Source: a bacterium (GTDB lineage: Bacteria; UBA8248). From it: DNA of 64,000 bases. The position numbers and the translations under genes were made by a program. The notes beneath the pieces were generated by a model. The model made no database searches, had not been told where the DNA came from, and saw nothing but the letters and a program-made list of their open reading frames with translations. The stretch lies in contig CBDBZU010000004.1 in the NCBI GenBank assembly GCA_965213625.1, forward strand, positions 3,136,001 through 3,200,000, written 5' to 3'. Shown piece by piece: positions 55,430-64,000 of this stretch. Each line of letters opens with the position of its first letter. The stretch's first letter is position 1.

Positions 55430-56337
55430 GCGAAGCCCGGGAACTTTTTGAAGCGCACCTGCGCGATGAACGCGATAGTTCGGAACACACGCTTCGCGCA
55501 TACGCGTCGGACTTGAAAGACTTTGATGAGTTTCTTACCGATTGGGCGCAAAAGCCGGTTCCACTTGATAAAATCGACTCTCTGGCCATCCGTGGCTACC
55601 TCGGATTTTTGTATCGCAAGGGAGTCTCTCCGACGACGGTGAACAGGCACCTGTCGAGTATACGCAGTTTGTTTCGTTTTTTGAGGCGCGAAGGCTTCTC
55701 GGTGCAGGATCCGGCGGGGGAAGTACCCTCACCCAAAGAAAACAGGCCCTTGCCGACATTCCTGCCAGTCGATGACGCGGTACGCCTCATGGAGATGCCC
55801 GACACATCTACCCCCGAGGGCGTCCGGGACAAGGCGATTTTCGAGCTTCTCTACGGATCGGGGCTGAGAGTCAGTGAATTGACGGGATTGAACCACTCCG
55901 ATTTAAACATGGCGGAAAGGCTCATCCGTGTTCGGGGAAAAGGAAGAAAAGAGAGAATCGTGCCCATCACCAAAGAAGCGGCCAAGGCCGTAACCAGCCA
56001 TCTCGCTATAAAAGAAACAGACGCACCCGAGGATTCTCCTCTTTTCATCAACAAGCGAAACAAAAGGATTTCTCCGGCCTTCGTGCGTTCCATCTTCCGT
56101 ACGTATGAAAAAAAAGGCGGTTTCAGCTATCATTTCACCCCTCATGCCCTTCGCCATACGGCGGCGACGCATTTGTTGGAAAGCCAGGAGGCCGACCTGA
56201 GATCGATTCAGGAACTATTGGGACACACGAGCCTGTCCACGACACAAAGATACACACAGGTGGATTTCTCTCATTTGCGCGCCGTTTATGACGATGCGCA
56301 CCCCAGAGCCAAAATGAAACGCGAACGAGGACGATAA
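55396..56337 (+). CDS. xerC: Tyrosine recombinase XerC
   Basis: GLRVSE, GKGRKER, HALRH, LLGH..LSTTQRY; synteny with hslVU. The start is uncertain. Confidence 0.9.
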   Translation: MAKQARLTNSLSEARELFEAHLRDERDSSEHTLRAYASDLKDFDEFLTDWAQKPVPLDKIDSLAIRGYLGFLYRKGVSPTTVNRHLSSIRSLFRFLRREGFSVQDPAGEVPSPKENRPLPTFLPVDDAVRLMEMPDTSTPEGVRDKAIFELLYGSGLRVSELTGLNHSDLNMAERLIRVRGKGRKERIVPITKEAAKAVTSHLAIKETDAPEDSPLFINKRNKRISPAFVRSIFRTYEKKGGFSYHFTPHALRHTAATHLLESQEADLRSIQELLGHTSLSTTQRYTQVDFSHLRAVYDDAHPRAKMKRERGR

Positions 56338-56886
56338 ATGACGACGCAAGATGCAATTATCCGCTCCACCACGATTCTCGCGCTGCGCTACAAGGGACAA
56401 ACGGCACTGGGCGGCGACGGTCAGGTCACAATGGGAGACGCGGCAGTGAAACATGGGGCTGTGAAAATCCGCAGACTCGGGGAGGGAAAAGTGCTCGCCG
56501 GTTTTGCGGGCTCGGCTTCCGACGCCATCGCCCTGTTCGAGCGCTTCGAGGGCAAACTCGAAGAATACCGTGGGAATCTCTCGCGCGCCGCCGTGGAGAT
56601 GGGCAAGGACTGGAGAACGGACAGGGTGCTTCGCCGCCTGGAAGCACTTCTGGCTGTGGCGGACGAGAATACCTCGCTCATCCTCTCGGGCACGGGCGAC
56701 ATCATCGAGCCCGATGACGGCGTACTTGGTATCGGCAGCGGCGGTTCCATGGCCATCGCCGCCGCGCGCGGAATCTTGAGTCTGGAGCCTGACCTCAGCG
56801 CCGATGAAATCGTGAGAAAATCTCTGGAAATCGCAGCGGAAATCTGCGTCTATACCAACAGCAACATTTCAGTGGAAACCCTTTAA
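56338..56886 (+). CDS. hslV: ATP-dependent protease subunit HslV
   Basis: STTIL, GDGQVT, GFAGS, WRTDR.LRRLEA, IGSGG. Confidence 0.97.
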   Translation: MTTQDAIIRSTTILALRYKGQTALGGDGQVTMGDAAVKHGAVKIRRLGEGKVLAGFAGSASDAIALFERFEGKLEEYRGNLSRAAVEMGKDWRTDRVLRRLEALLAVADENTSLILSGTGDIIEPDDGVLGIGSGGSMAIAAARGILSLEPDLSADEIVRKSLEIAAEICVYTNSNISVETL

Positions 56887-58244
56887 TGGAAAATCTCACA
56901 CCCACGCGAATCGTCGAGGAACTTGACCGCTACGTCGTCGGCCAAGGAGACGCCAAACGAGCGGTGGCGATTGCGCTCAGAAACCGCTGGCGCAGACAGC
57001 AACTGCCGCCCGAGATGGCGGAGGACGTAGCGCCCAAGAACATTATCATGATAGGCCCCACCGGCGTTGGAAAAACCGAGATAGCAAGGCGCCTGGCAAA
57101 GCTCACGAAAAGCCCGTTCATCAAGGTCGAAGCTAGTAAATTCACCGAAGTGGGCTACGTGGGCCGGGATGTGGAGAGCATGATTCGCGATCTCGTCGAA
57201 CTGGCGCGCAACATCGTCCAGGAAGAACAGCGCGATATCAACAAAGCCAAAGCCCAGGAACTGGCCGAAGAGCGGCTCCTCGACATGCTCTTGCCGCATC
57301 CTCCCGGATTCGGCGCGATGGACGAACGCGGCCAAACCAAGGACCCGCTCGGCGAGGAAAGCTACCAGCGAACGCGGGAGAAGTTTCGCGCACTGCTGCT
57401 CGAGGGCAAACTCGACGATCGTGAAGTGGAGATAGAAGTGGCGGAGAAAGGCCCCGAACTTCACTTCATGGGCGGGAGCGATATAGAGCAAATCGGCATC
57501 AACATGAAGGAAATCATGGGAAACTTCATGCCTCAGGCCCCCAAGAGCAGGCGCATGAATGTGCCCGAAGCTTTTGAATTCCTCGCCCAGGATGAGGCGG
57601 ATAAGCTCATAGACCCGGAAAACCTCAACGCCGAGGCGATCGAGCGCACCGAGCAGTCCGGTATCGTGTTTCTCGATGAAATCGACAAGGTCGCCGCCCA
57701 GAATAACGGAAGAGGCGGGCCCGACGTCTCGCGCGAAGGTGTGCAAAGAGACCTGCTTCCCATCGTGGAAGGCTCCACCGTACAGACCAAATACGGCCCG
57801 GTGAAGACGGACCACATCCTCTTCATCGCGGCGGGAGCGTTCCACATGGCAAAGCCCTCGGACCTTCTGCCAGAACTGCAGGGCCGCTTCCCCATCCGCG
57901 TGGAACTGGACTCTCTGGACCGTGATGATTTCATCCGCATCCTCCAGGAACCCGAGAACGCGCTGGTGCGGCAATACCCCGCCCTTCTGGCGACAGAGGG
58001 CGTCAACATCGCATTCGGGGAAGACGCCGTGAAGGAAGTGGCCGACTTCGCCTTCCGCATCAACGAGCAGACCGAAAACATCGGCGCCAGAAGACTCCAC
58101 ACCATCATGGAACGGCTTCTCGAGGAAATTTCCTTCCGGGCCCCGGAAATGTCCGGCGAAAAGGTGGAGATTGACGCCGCCTACGTGCGCGAGCGCCTGA
58201 GCGACATCGTCGAAGACCTTGACTTAAGCCGCTATATTCTCTAA
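56886..58244 (+). CDS. hslU: ATP-dependent protease ATPase subunit HslU
   Basis: [45 protein letters not shown]. Confidence 0.97.
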   Translation: MENLTPTRIVEELDRYVVGQGDAKRAVAIALRNRWRRQQLPPEMAEDVAPKNIIMIGPTGVGKTEIARRLAKLTKSPFIKVEASKFTEVGYVGRDVESMIRDLVELARNIVQEEQRDINKAKAQELAEERLLDMLLPHPPGFGAMDERGQTKDPLGEESYQRTREKFRALLLEGKLDDREVEIEVAEKGPELHFMGGSDIEQIGINMKEIMGNFMPQAPKSRRMNVPEAFEFLAQDEADKLIDPENLNAEAIERTEQSGIVFLDEIDKVAAQNNGRGGPDVSREGVQRDLLPIVEGSTVQTKYGPVKTDHILFIAAGAFHMAKPSDLLPELQGRFPIRVELDSLDRDDFIRILQEPENALVRQYPALLATEGVNIAFGEDAVKEVADFAFRINEQTENIGARRLHTIMERLLEEISFRAPEMSGEKVEIDAAYVRERLSDIVEDLDLSRYIL

Positions 58245-58345
58245 ACCTTCTGCCCTTCCCCCTTGGCCTTGCGCTTCGGGGGAGTGTATATTTCTCGGCT
58301 TATGACGAGAGACCCCTATTTTATTGTTTTTTTGAAGGTTTTTGC

Positions 58346-59221
58346 ATGGAACCAAGAGACAGGGCGGCGACGCTGGTAGAAGCGCTTCCCTACATCCAAC
58401 AATTTGCGGGCAAGACCATTGTCGTCAAATACGGCGGCGCCGCCCAGGTGCAACCGGAGCTTCACGCCCCGTTCGCCCAGGACATCGTGCTTCTCAAGTA
58501 CGTGGGTATCAACGTGGTCGTCGTCCACGGCGGCGGCCCCCAAATCGGCGAAACCCTCAAGAAAATCGGCAAGACCAGCGAGTTCATCGAAGGCCTCCGG
58601 GTGACGGATGAGGAAACGGTCGGCGTGGTCGAGATGGTGCTTTCCGGCGCCACGAACAAGAGCATCGTGAGGCTCATCAATCGGCACGGGGGAAACGCCG
58701 TGGGTCTTTCCGGCTCGGACGCCGGCCTCACGACGGCGAAGAAACTGGTCATGAGCAGAAAAGGACCCGGCGGAGAAGACGTGGAGTATGACCTGGGGCG
58801 CGTCGGCGAGGTCCTGACCATAACGCCTGACATCATCCATCATTTGACGGAGGGTGGGTTCATTCCCGTTATCGCTCCGCTGGGCGTTGGGCAGGACGGC
58901 AACGTTTACAACATCAATGCGGATTCGGCGGCGGGCGCCATCGCCGGGGCGCTTCATGCGGAAAAATTCATCCTCCTGACAGACGTGCCCGGCATTCTGG
59001 ATGGAAGCGAAAACCTGATCAGCACCGTGAAGCGCGATGAAGTCAACAGACTCAAAGAAGAGAAAATCATCACCGGCGGGATGATCCCGAAAGTCGACGC
59101 GTGTCTTGACGCCCTCTCATCGGACGTCACGAAAACCCACATCGTCGACGGCAGGGTTCCTCACGCGGTATTGCTCGAAGTGTTCACGAAAGAAGGCGTG
59201 GGCACGCAAATCGTCAGATAG
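58346..59221 (+). CDS. argB: Acetylglutamate kinase
   Basis: VVKYGG, HGGGPQI, GLRVTD, NINAD, GGMIPK. Confidence 0.96.
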   Translation: MEPRDRAATLVEALPYIQQFAGKTIVVKYGGAAQVQPELHAPFAQDIVLLKYVGINVVVVHGGGPQIGETLKKIGKTSEFIEGLRVTDEETVGVVEMVLSGATNKSIVRLINRHGGNAVGLSGSDAGLTTAKKLVMSRKGPGGEDVEYDLGRVGEVLTITPDIIHHLTEGGFIPVIAPLGVGQDGNVYNINADSAAGAIAGALHAEKFILLTDVPGILDGSENLISTVKRDEVNRLKEEKIITGGMIPKVDACLDALSSDVTKTHIVDGRVPHAVLLEVFTKEGVGTQIVR

Positions 59222-59241
59222 CTTCTTTATTGGGGAATAGC

Positions 59242-60435
59242 ATGGACAACGCTACACTGATCTCGGACGCTGAACTCAACGTCGCCCCCACGTACGGGCG
59301 CTACCCCATCGCGTTGGTCCGTGGCGAGGGCTGCCGTGTCTGGGATGCGGACGGAAAAGAATATCTCGATTTCGTGTCCGGCCTGGCGGTGTGTAACCTC
59401 GGGCATTGCCACCCCGGCGTGGTGGCCGCCATCAGGGAACAGGCCGGAAAACTGATCCACGTATCGAACCTCTACCATATCGAGCCCCAGATTGAGCTAG
59501 CGAAAAGGCTCAACCGACTCTCTTTCGGCGATAAGGCGTTTTTCTGTAACAGCGGCACTGAAGCAGTAGAGTCTGCGTTGAAACTCGCCAGAAAGTATTC
59601 GTTCAAAAAATACGGTGAAGGCCGCCACGAGATACTGAGCTTCGATATGAGCTTCCATGGCCGCACCATGGCCTCGCTCACCGCCACGGGCCAGACGAAG
59701 TTTCACGGGGCTTTCAAGCCGCTGCTGCCCGGGTTCCGCTACTTGCCCTTTGGCGATGTGGAGTCGGTTGCCGCCGCGGTTTCGGAGCAAACCTGCGCCA
59801 TCATGGTGGAGCCCATCCAGGGAGAGGGTGGTGTAAACGTGCCGCCCGATGGCTATCTTAAAGGCTTGCGCGAGATTTGCGACGCGAACGATTTGTTGCT
59901 GTTGTTTGATGAGGTCCAAGTCGGGCTGGGCAGGACGGGAAAACTCTGGGCGTATGAGCACGAGGGCGTGGCGCCCGACGCCATGAGCCTGGCGAAGGCC
60001 CTGGCGGGTGGAACCGCCATCGGCGCGCTGGTGGCCTCGGACAAAGCCATGGCGTTCGAGCCCGGCGATCATGCGGCGACGTTCGGGGGCAATCCCCTGG
60101 CCACCGCCGCCGGTTGCGCCGCGATGGACGCCATTACCGCGCCCGGATTCCTCGAAAACGTGCAGGAGATGGGGGCATACGCCACCGCAGGGCTCGAGGA
60201 ATTGGCGACGCGGCACGCCATCATCAAGGAAGTCCGGGGCAAAGGGCTGATCATCGGCTGCGAGGTGGACGTGGACGCGACATCCATCGTCACGAAGGGG
60301 CTGGAAGCGGGCATTTTGCTCAACGTGGCCGTCCAGAAGGTCATCCGGCTCATTCCTCCCCTCGTCGTAGAAAAAGAGATGATCGACAAGCTGATGAATT
60401 TCCTCGATGAGGCCCTCGCGGATCTGGCGAAATGA
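59242..60435 (+). CDS. argD: Acetylornithine aminotransferase
   Basis: HVSNLY, NSGTEA, FHGRT, EPIQGEGG, DEVQ.G.GRTG. Confidence 0.93.
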   Translation: MDNATLISDAELNVAPTYGRYPIALVRGEGCRVWDADGKEYLDFVSGLAVCNLGHCHPGVVAAIREQAGKLIHVSNLYHIEPQIELAKRLNRLSFGDKAFFCNSGTEAVESALKLARKYSFKKYGEGRHEILSFDMSFHGRTMASLTATGQTKFHGAFKPLLPGFRYLPFGDVESVAAAVSEQTCAIMVEPIQGEGGVNVPPDGYLKGLREICDANDLLLLFDEVQVGLGRTGKLWAYEHEGVAPDAMSLAKALAGGTAIGALVASDKAMAFEPGDHAATFGGNPLATAAGCAAMDAITAPGFLENVQEMGAYATAGLEELATRHAIIKEVRGKGLIIGCEVDVDATSIVTKGLEAGILLNVAVQKVIRLIPPLVVEKEMIDKLMNFLDEALADLAK

Positions 60436-61370
60436 AAAAGCTCGATTACCTCACCGGCGAGGAACTGAGCGCCGCGCAAACCATTGGACTCATCGAAGAG
60501 GCCCTCGTCCAGAAACAAGAAACGGCGCAAGGGATACTTCGCCCCGCGTTGTCGGGAAAGAACTTTGCGCTCATTTTTGAAAAACACTCCACAAGGACCC
60601 GGGTTTCCTTCGAGGCGGGTCTCTCGCAACTGGGGGCCAGCAGTATTTTCTTGGCGCCGAACGACACGCAAATTGCCCGGGGGGAAACCCCTGCGGACAG
60701 CGCAAAGGTTTTGAGTGAATACGTGGACGGCATCGTCGTCAGAACGTATGCGCATGCGCGCGTGGAGGAAATCGCAGAAAACGCGAACGTTCCCGTCATC
60801 AACGGCCTGACGGACCTTCACCACCCCTGCCAGGCCCTCGCCGATTTCATGACGATGAGAGAACATTACGGAACACTGGATGGCCTTAAGCTCGCCTACC
60901 TGGGCGACGGGAACAACGTGCTGCACTCGCTGCTCATCGTAGGCGCTCTAATCGGCGTCGACATCAGCGCGGCGTGTCCAAAAGAGTATTGGCCAGACTC
61001 CAATATTCTGGAGCAGGCCCGTCATTCAGCACAAGAGTCGAACGCGCAAATCCATATCACCGAGGACGTGGAAGAAGCATGCGCGGGCGCCCACGCCGTT
61101 TATACGGACGTGTGGGCCTCCATGGGACAGGAAGATGAAAACGAGCGCCGCCAGAAAGCCCTGGCCCCATATCAGGTGAACGAGAGAGTTTTCCGGCATG
61201 CGAATAAAGACGCCGTTTTCATGCACTGTCTCCCCGCCCACAGGGGAGAAGAAGTGACGGCGGACGTGATCGACGGCCCCAGGAGCGTCGTCTTCACACA
61301 GGCCGGAAATCGACTCCACGCGCAGAAGATACTTCTTCAATTACTAGCCGGAGGAAATGATGGCGCCTAA
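60432..61370 (+). CDS. argF: Ornithine carbamoyltransferase
   Basis: [21 protein letters not shown]. Confidence 0.96.
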   Translation: MKKLDYLTGEELSAAQTIGLIEEALVQKQETAQGILRPALSGKNFALIFEKHSTRTRVSFEAGLSQLGASSIFLAPNDTQIARGETPADSAKVLSEYVDGIVVRTYAHARVEEIAENANVPVINGLTDLHHPCQALADFMTMREHYGTLDGLKLAYLGDGNNVLHSLLIVGALIGVDISAACPKEYWPDSNILEQARHSAQESNAQIHITEDVEEACAGAHAVYTDVWASMGQEDENERRQKALAPYQVNERVFRHANKDAVFMHCLPAHRGEEVTADVIDGPRSVVFTQAGNRLHAQKILLQLLAGGNDGA

Positions 61371-62574
61371 GCCGAGCAGGGTGGTCCTCGCCTATTCAGG
61401 GGGGCTGGACACCTCCATCATGCTCAAGTGGATCAAGGAAACATACGAATGCCCCGTCGTGGCCTTTGCTGCGGATGTCGGCCAAGGCGCCGGAGAGCTT
61501 GATGGATTAGAGGAAAAGGCATTGGCCACGGGTGCGGAGTCTTGCCACATCCTGGATTTGAGGGAAGAGTTCGCGCGGGACTACATTTTCCCCATGCTGC
61601 GCGCAGGCGCCGTTTACGAAGGCGCGTATCTGCTGGGAACGTCCATCGCCAGGCCCCTTATCGCGAAAGGCCACATGGACGTGCTCAAAAATACTGGGGG
61701 TGACGCGGTCGCCCACGGCGCGACGGGCAAAGGGAACGACCAGGTGCGCTTCGAGTTGACATACGGTTCCATCGACCCGGACGTCACCATCATCGCTCCC
61801 TGGCGCGACTGGGATTTCGGGGGGCGCTCCCACCTCATCGCCTACGCGGAAAGACACGGCATACCGATACCCGTGACGGCGGAAAAACCATATTCGATGG
61901 ACAGGAACCTTCTGCACATCAGTTTCGAGGGCGGCGTCCTGGAAGACCCCTGGGCGGAACCGCCTGCGGACATGTTCGTCTTGAGCGTTTCGCCCGAGAA
62001 AGCGCCCGATACGCCCGAATACGTCGAAATCGAGTTCGATAAGGGCGACCCCGTCGCCCTGAACGGAGAACCCCTCTCGCCGGTCTCCATGATGGAGCAG
62101 CTAAATGCCCTGGCGGGTGCGCACGGCGTGGGTCGGGTGGACCTGGTGGAAAACCGCTTCGTGGGCATGAAGAGCCGAGGCGTGTACGAGACGCCGGCAG
62201 GCACGGTCCTACATTCGGCGCGCCGGGCCGTGGAATCTCTGACGATGGATAGAGAAGTCATGCAACTGCGCGATTCCCTGATCCCCAAATACGCGCAACT
62301 CGTCTACAACGGTTTCTGGTTCGCGCCCGAGCGGGAATTTTTACAAACCGCCATCGATGGGGCAGCGGAATCGGTTTGCGGTATGGCCCGTGTAAAACTC
62401 TACAAGGGCTCCTGCATCGTCGTGGGCAGAAAAGCGCCCGAAAACATGACCCTATACCGTCCCGACCTCGCCACCTTCGAGGAAGACGAGGTGTATACCC
62501 AAAAAGACGCGGAAGGATTCATCCGCCTGAACGCCCTTCGGCTGCAGGTGCGCGCGCAACGCGACTCTCGTTAA
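61357..62574 (+). CDS. argG: Argininosuccinate synthase
   Basis: [32 protein letters not shown]. Confidence 0.97.
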   Translation: MMAPKPSRVVLAYSGGLDTSIMLKWIKETYECPVVAFAADVGQGAGELDGLEEKALATGAESCHILDLREEFARDYIFPMLRAGAVYEGAYLLGTSIARPLIAKGHMDVLKNTGGDAVAHGATGKGNDQVRFELTYGSIDPDVTIIAPWRDWDFGGRSHLIAYAERHGIPIPVTAEKPYSMDRNLLHISFEGGVLEDPWAEPPADMFVLSVSPEKAPDTPEYVEIEFDKGDPVALNGEPLSPVSMMEQLNALAGAHGVGRVDLVENRFVGMKSRGVYETPAGTVLHSARRAVESLTMDREVMQLRDSLIPKYAQLVYNGFWFAPEREFLQTAIDGAAESVCGMARVKLYKGSCIVVGRKAPENMTLYRPDLATFEEDEVYTQKDAEGFIRLNALRLQVRAQRDSR

Positions 62575-62709
62575 ATCTCAGGACTCAGAACCTAAGATAA
62601 TACGGAATCTTCTATGGAGTGGGAACTCCAAGTGAGGATTTCATGACCTGTGCAGGGATGGAAATGCGCTCATCCTGCCTGCAACACCCTGCCCATTCCC
62701 AAGAAATAA

Positions 62710-63639
62710 TCAGGCTTTGGCAGCAGAGCTTCTCTTGCTTCTGGAGCCTCGGCGCGCCGGCTCCGGCCATGCCAGCAGGATGGGGCTCGCCACGTAGATG
62801 GAAGAATACGTACCGGCCACGATTCCTACCGCCAGGGCGAACGCCACGTCGGAGATTATGTCGCCACCCAGGAGGAGGAACGCCAGCACGGCGACCAAGG
62901 TCGTCCCCGAAGTGAGAAGCGTACGGGAGAGGGTCTGGTTGATAGATTTGTTGACGAGGCCTGAAAACTCGGCCCGTCTCGAAGCGCGCGTATTCTCGCG
63001 GATGCGGTCGAACACGACGATGGTGTCGTTCAAAGAATAACCGATGATCGTCAAGACGGCCGCCACGATGGGGAGCGTGAACTCCTTGCCCGATAAGGAA
63101 AAGACGCCGAGCGTGATGATGACATCATGCAAAAGCGCCACGACCGACGCGATGGCCTGCCGGAACTGAAACCTGAAACTGATGTAAATCAGGATGCCGA
63201 TGAGGGCGAAGAGCATGCTGCTGAGCGCCTTCTGGCGCAGGTCCGCGCCCACTTTGGGACCCACCATTTCGGTTCTGCGCATCTCGAATGCGTCTTTCCC
63301 GAATTTTTTGATGAGCGCCGTTTTCACGACGGACTCGACGCCTTTGATGTCGCCCGAGCTTTTCTCCACGCGAATCAGGAACTCCCTGTCGGAGCCGAAA
63401 TTCTGGATAACCGTATCGCCCAAAGAAAGCCCTCCGACAGCGCTTCGCACGTCGCCAATCTGCTTGGCCTCCTTCAATTGCACTTGAACCAGCGTTCCGC
63501 CGGTGAAATCGATGCCGTAGTTGATTCCCTTGGTCATAAGCAGAAGAACTGACAACACGACGACCACCGTGGAGATGCCGACAAAGAGCTTGATTTTGCC
63601 GATGATGTCGTACGATGCGTCTGGCCGGATAATTTCCAT
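62710..63639 (-). CDS. secF: Protein translocase subunit SecF
   Basis: GIDFTGG, VGPKVG, HDV, GYSLNDTIVVFDRIRE, GTYSS. Confidence 0.96.
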   Translation of the reverse strand: MEIIRPDASYDIIGKIKLFVGISTVVVVLSVLLLMTKGINYGIDFTGGTLVQVQLKEAKQIGDVRSAVGGLSLGDTVIQNFGSDREFLIRVEKSSGDIKGVESVVKTALIKKFGKDAFEMRRTEMVGPKVGADLRQKALSSMLFALIGILIYISFRFQFRQAIASVVALLHDVIITLGVFSLSGKEFTLPIVAAVLTIIGYSLNDTIVVFDRIRENTRASRRAEFSGLVNKSINQTLSRTLLTSGTTLVAVLAFLLLGGDIISDVAFALAVGIVAGTYSSIYVASPILLAWPEPARRGSRSKRSSAAKA

Positions 63640-64000
63640 TAGATGCTCAAACTCCTCACGTCGGTTCGGTACAAGAAGAAGTCATATACGAATCGGGTGA
63701 CGAAAATTGCGGTGAACATGCTCGCAACGATGCCGATGCTGAGGGTGACGGCAAAGCCCTTGATGGGTCCCGTCCCAAACTGCAGGAGCACCAGTGCAGC
63801 GATGAGCGTCGTAACGTTTGCGTCCAGAATCGTGAGGAAAGCCTTGCCGTATCCCGATTCGATGGCGGAGCGGATTGTTTTCCCCAGGCGAAGTTCTTCC
63901 CGGATGCGCTCGAATATCAAGACGTTGGCGTCGACCGCCATACCGACAGTCAGCACGATGCCCGCGATGCCGGGCAGCGTCAGCGTGGCGCCGAAGAACC
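63639..64000 (-). CDS. secD: Protein translocase subunit SecD (C-terminal part; continues beyond window)
   Basis: [36 protein letters not shown]. Confidence 0.95.
   Translation of the reverse strand, partial: FFGATLTLPGIAGIVLTVGMAVDANVLIFERIREELRLGKTIRSAIESGYGKAFLTILDANVTTLIAALVLLQFGTGPIKGFAVTLSIGIVASMFTAIFVTRFVYDFFLYRTDVRSLSI

Noticed and set aside
62575-62709. Absence of argH after argG
   Set aside because: Split arg operons are common and argH may lie elsewhere; nothing unusual in the intergenic sequence.

Overview
A GC-rich bacterial chromosome segment. The gene order mreBCD-mrdA-rodA-(radical SAM)-rng-cpoB-dprA-topA-trmFO-xerC-hslVU-argBDFG resembles Deltaproteobacteria/Nitrospinota-type genomes (inference only). 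The first ~32 kb is accessory: TRAP/TAXI transporters, an SDR, a divergent SucCD pair, a Kelch protein, four consecutive PLP enzymes, a DNA-repair-type radical SAM gene and tRNA-Glu(CTC). The rest is mostly housekeeping. The best candidate for an undescribed system is the minus-strand sulfur-carrier operon at 26080-30832 (CysK, ubiquitin-like carrier ending GG-L, ThiF-A, CysM-like, JAB protease, ThiF-B, IscR-like Rrf2). Its two E1/ThiF paralogues have lost complementary motifs, the same division of labour seen in eukaryotic heterodimeric E1s (SAE1/UBA2, APPBP1/UBA3). Signals the ORF track misses: an AhpD-like CxxU selenoprotein with a SECIS-like hairpin (20728-21411), a metzincin lipoprotein gene broken by one in-frame TAG (22461-24674), an unassigned structured RNA candidate (~10583-10750), and a MITE-like element with a nested GTAG-REP doublet (25807-26030). 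All calls come from reading the sequence and motifs; no searches were run.
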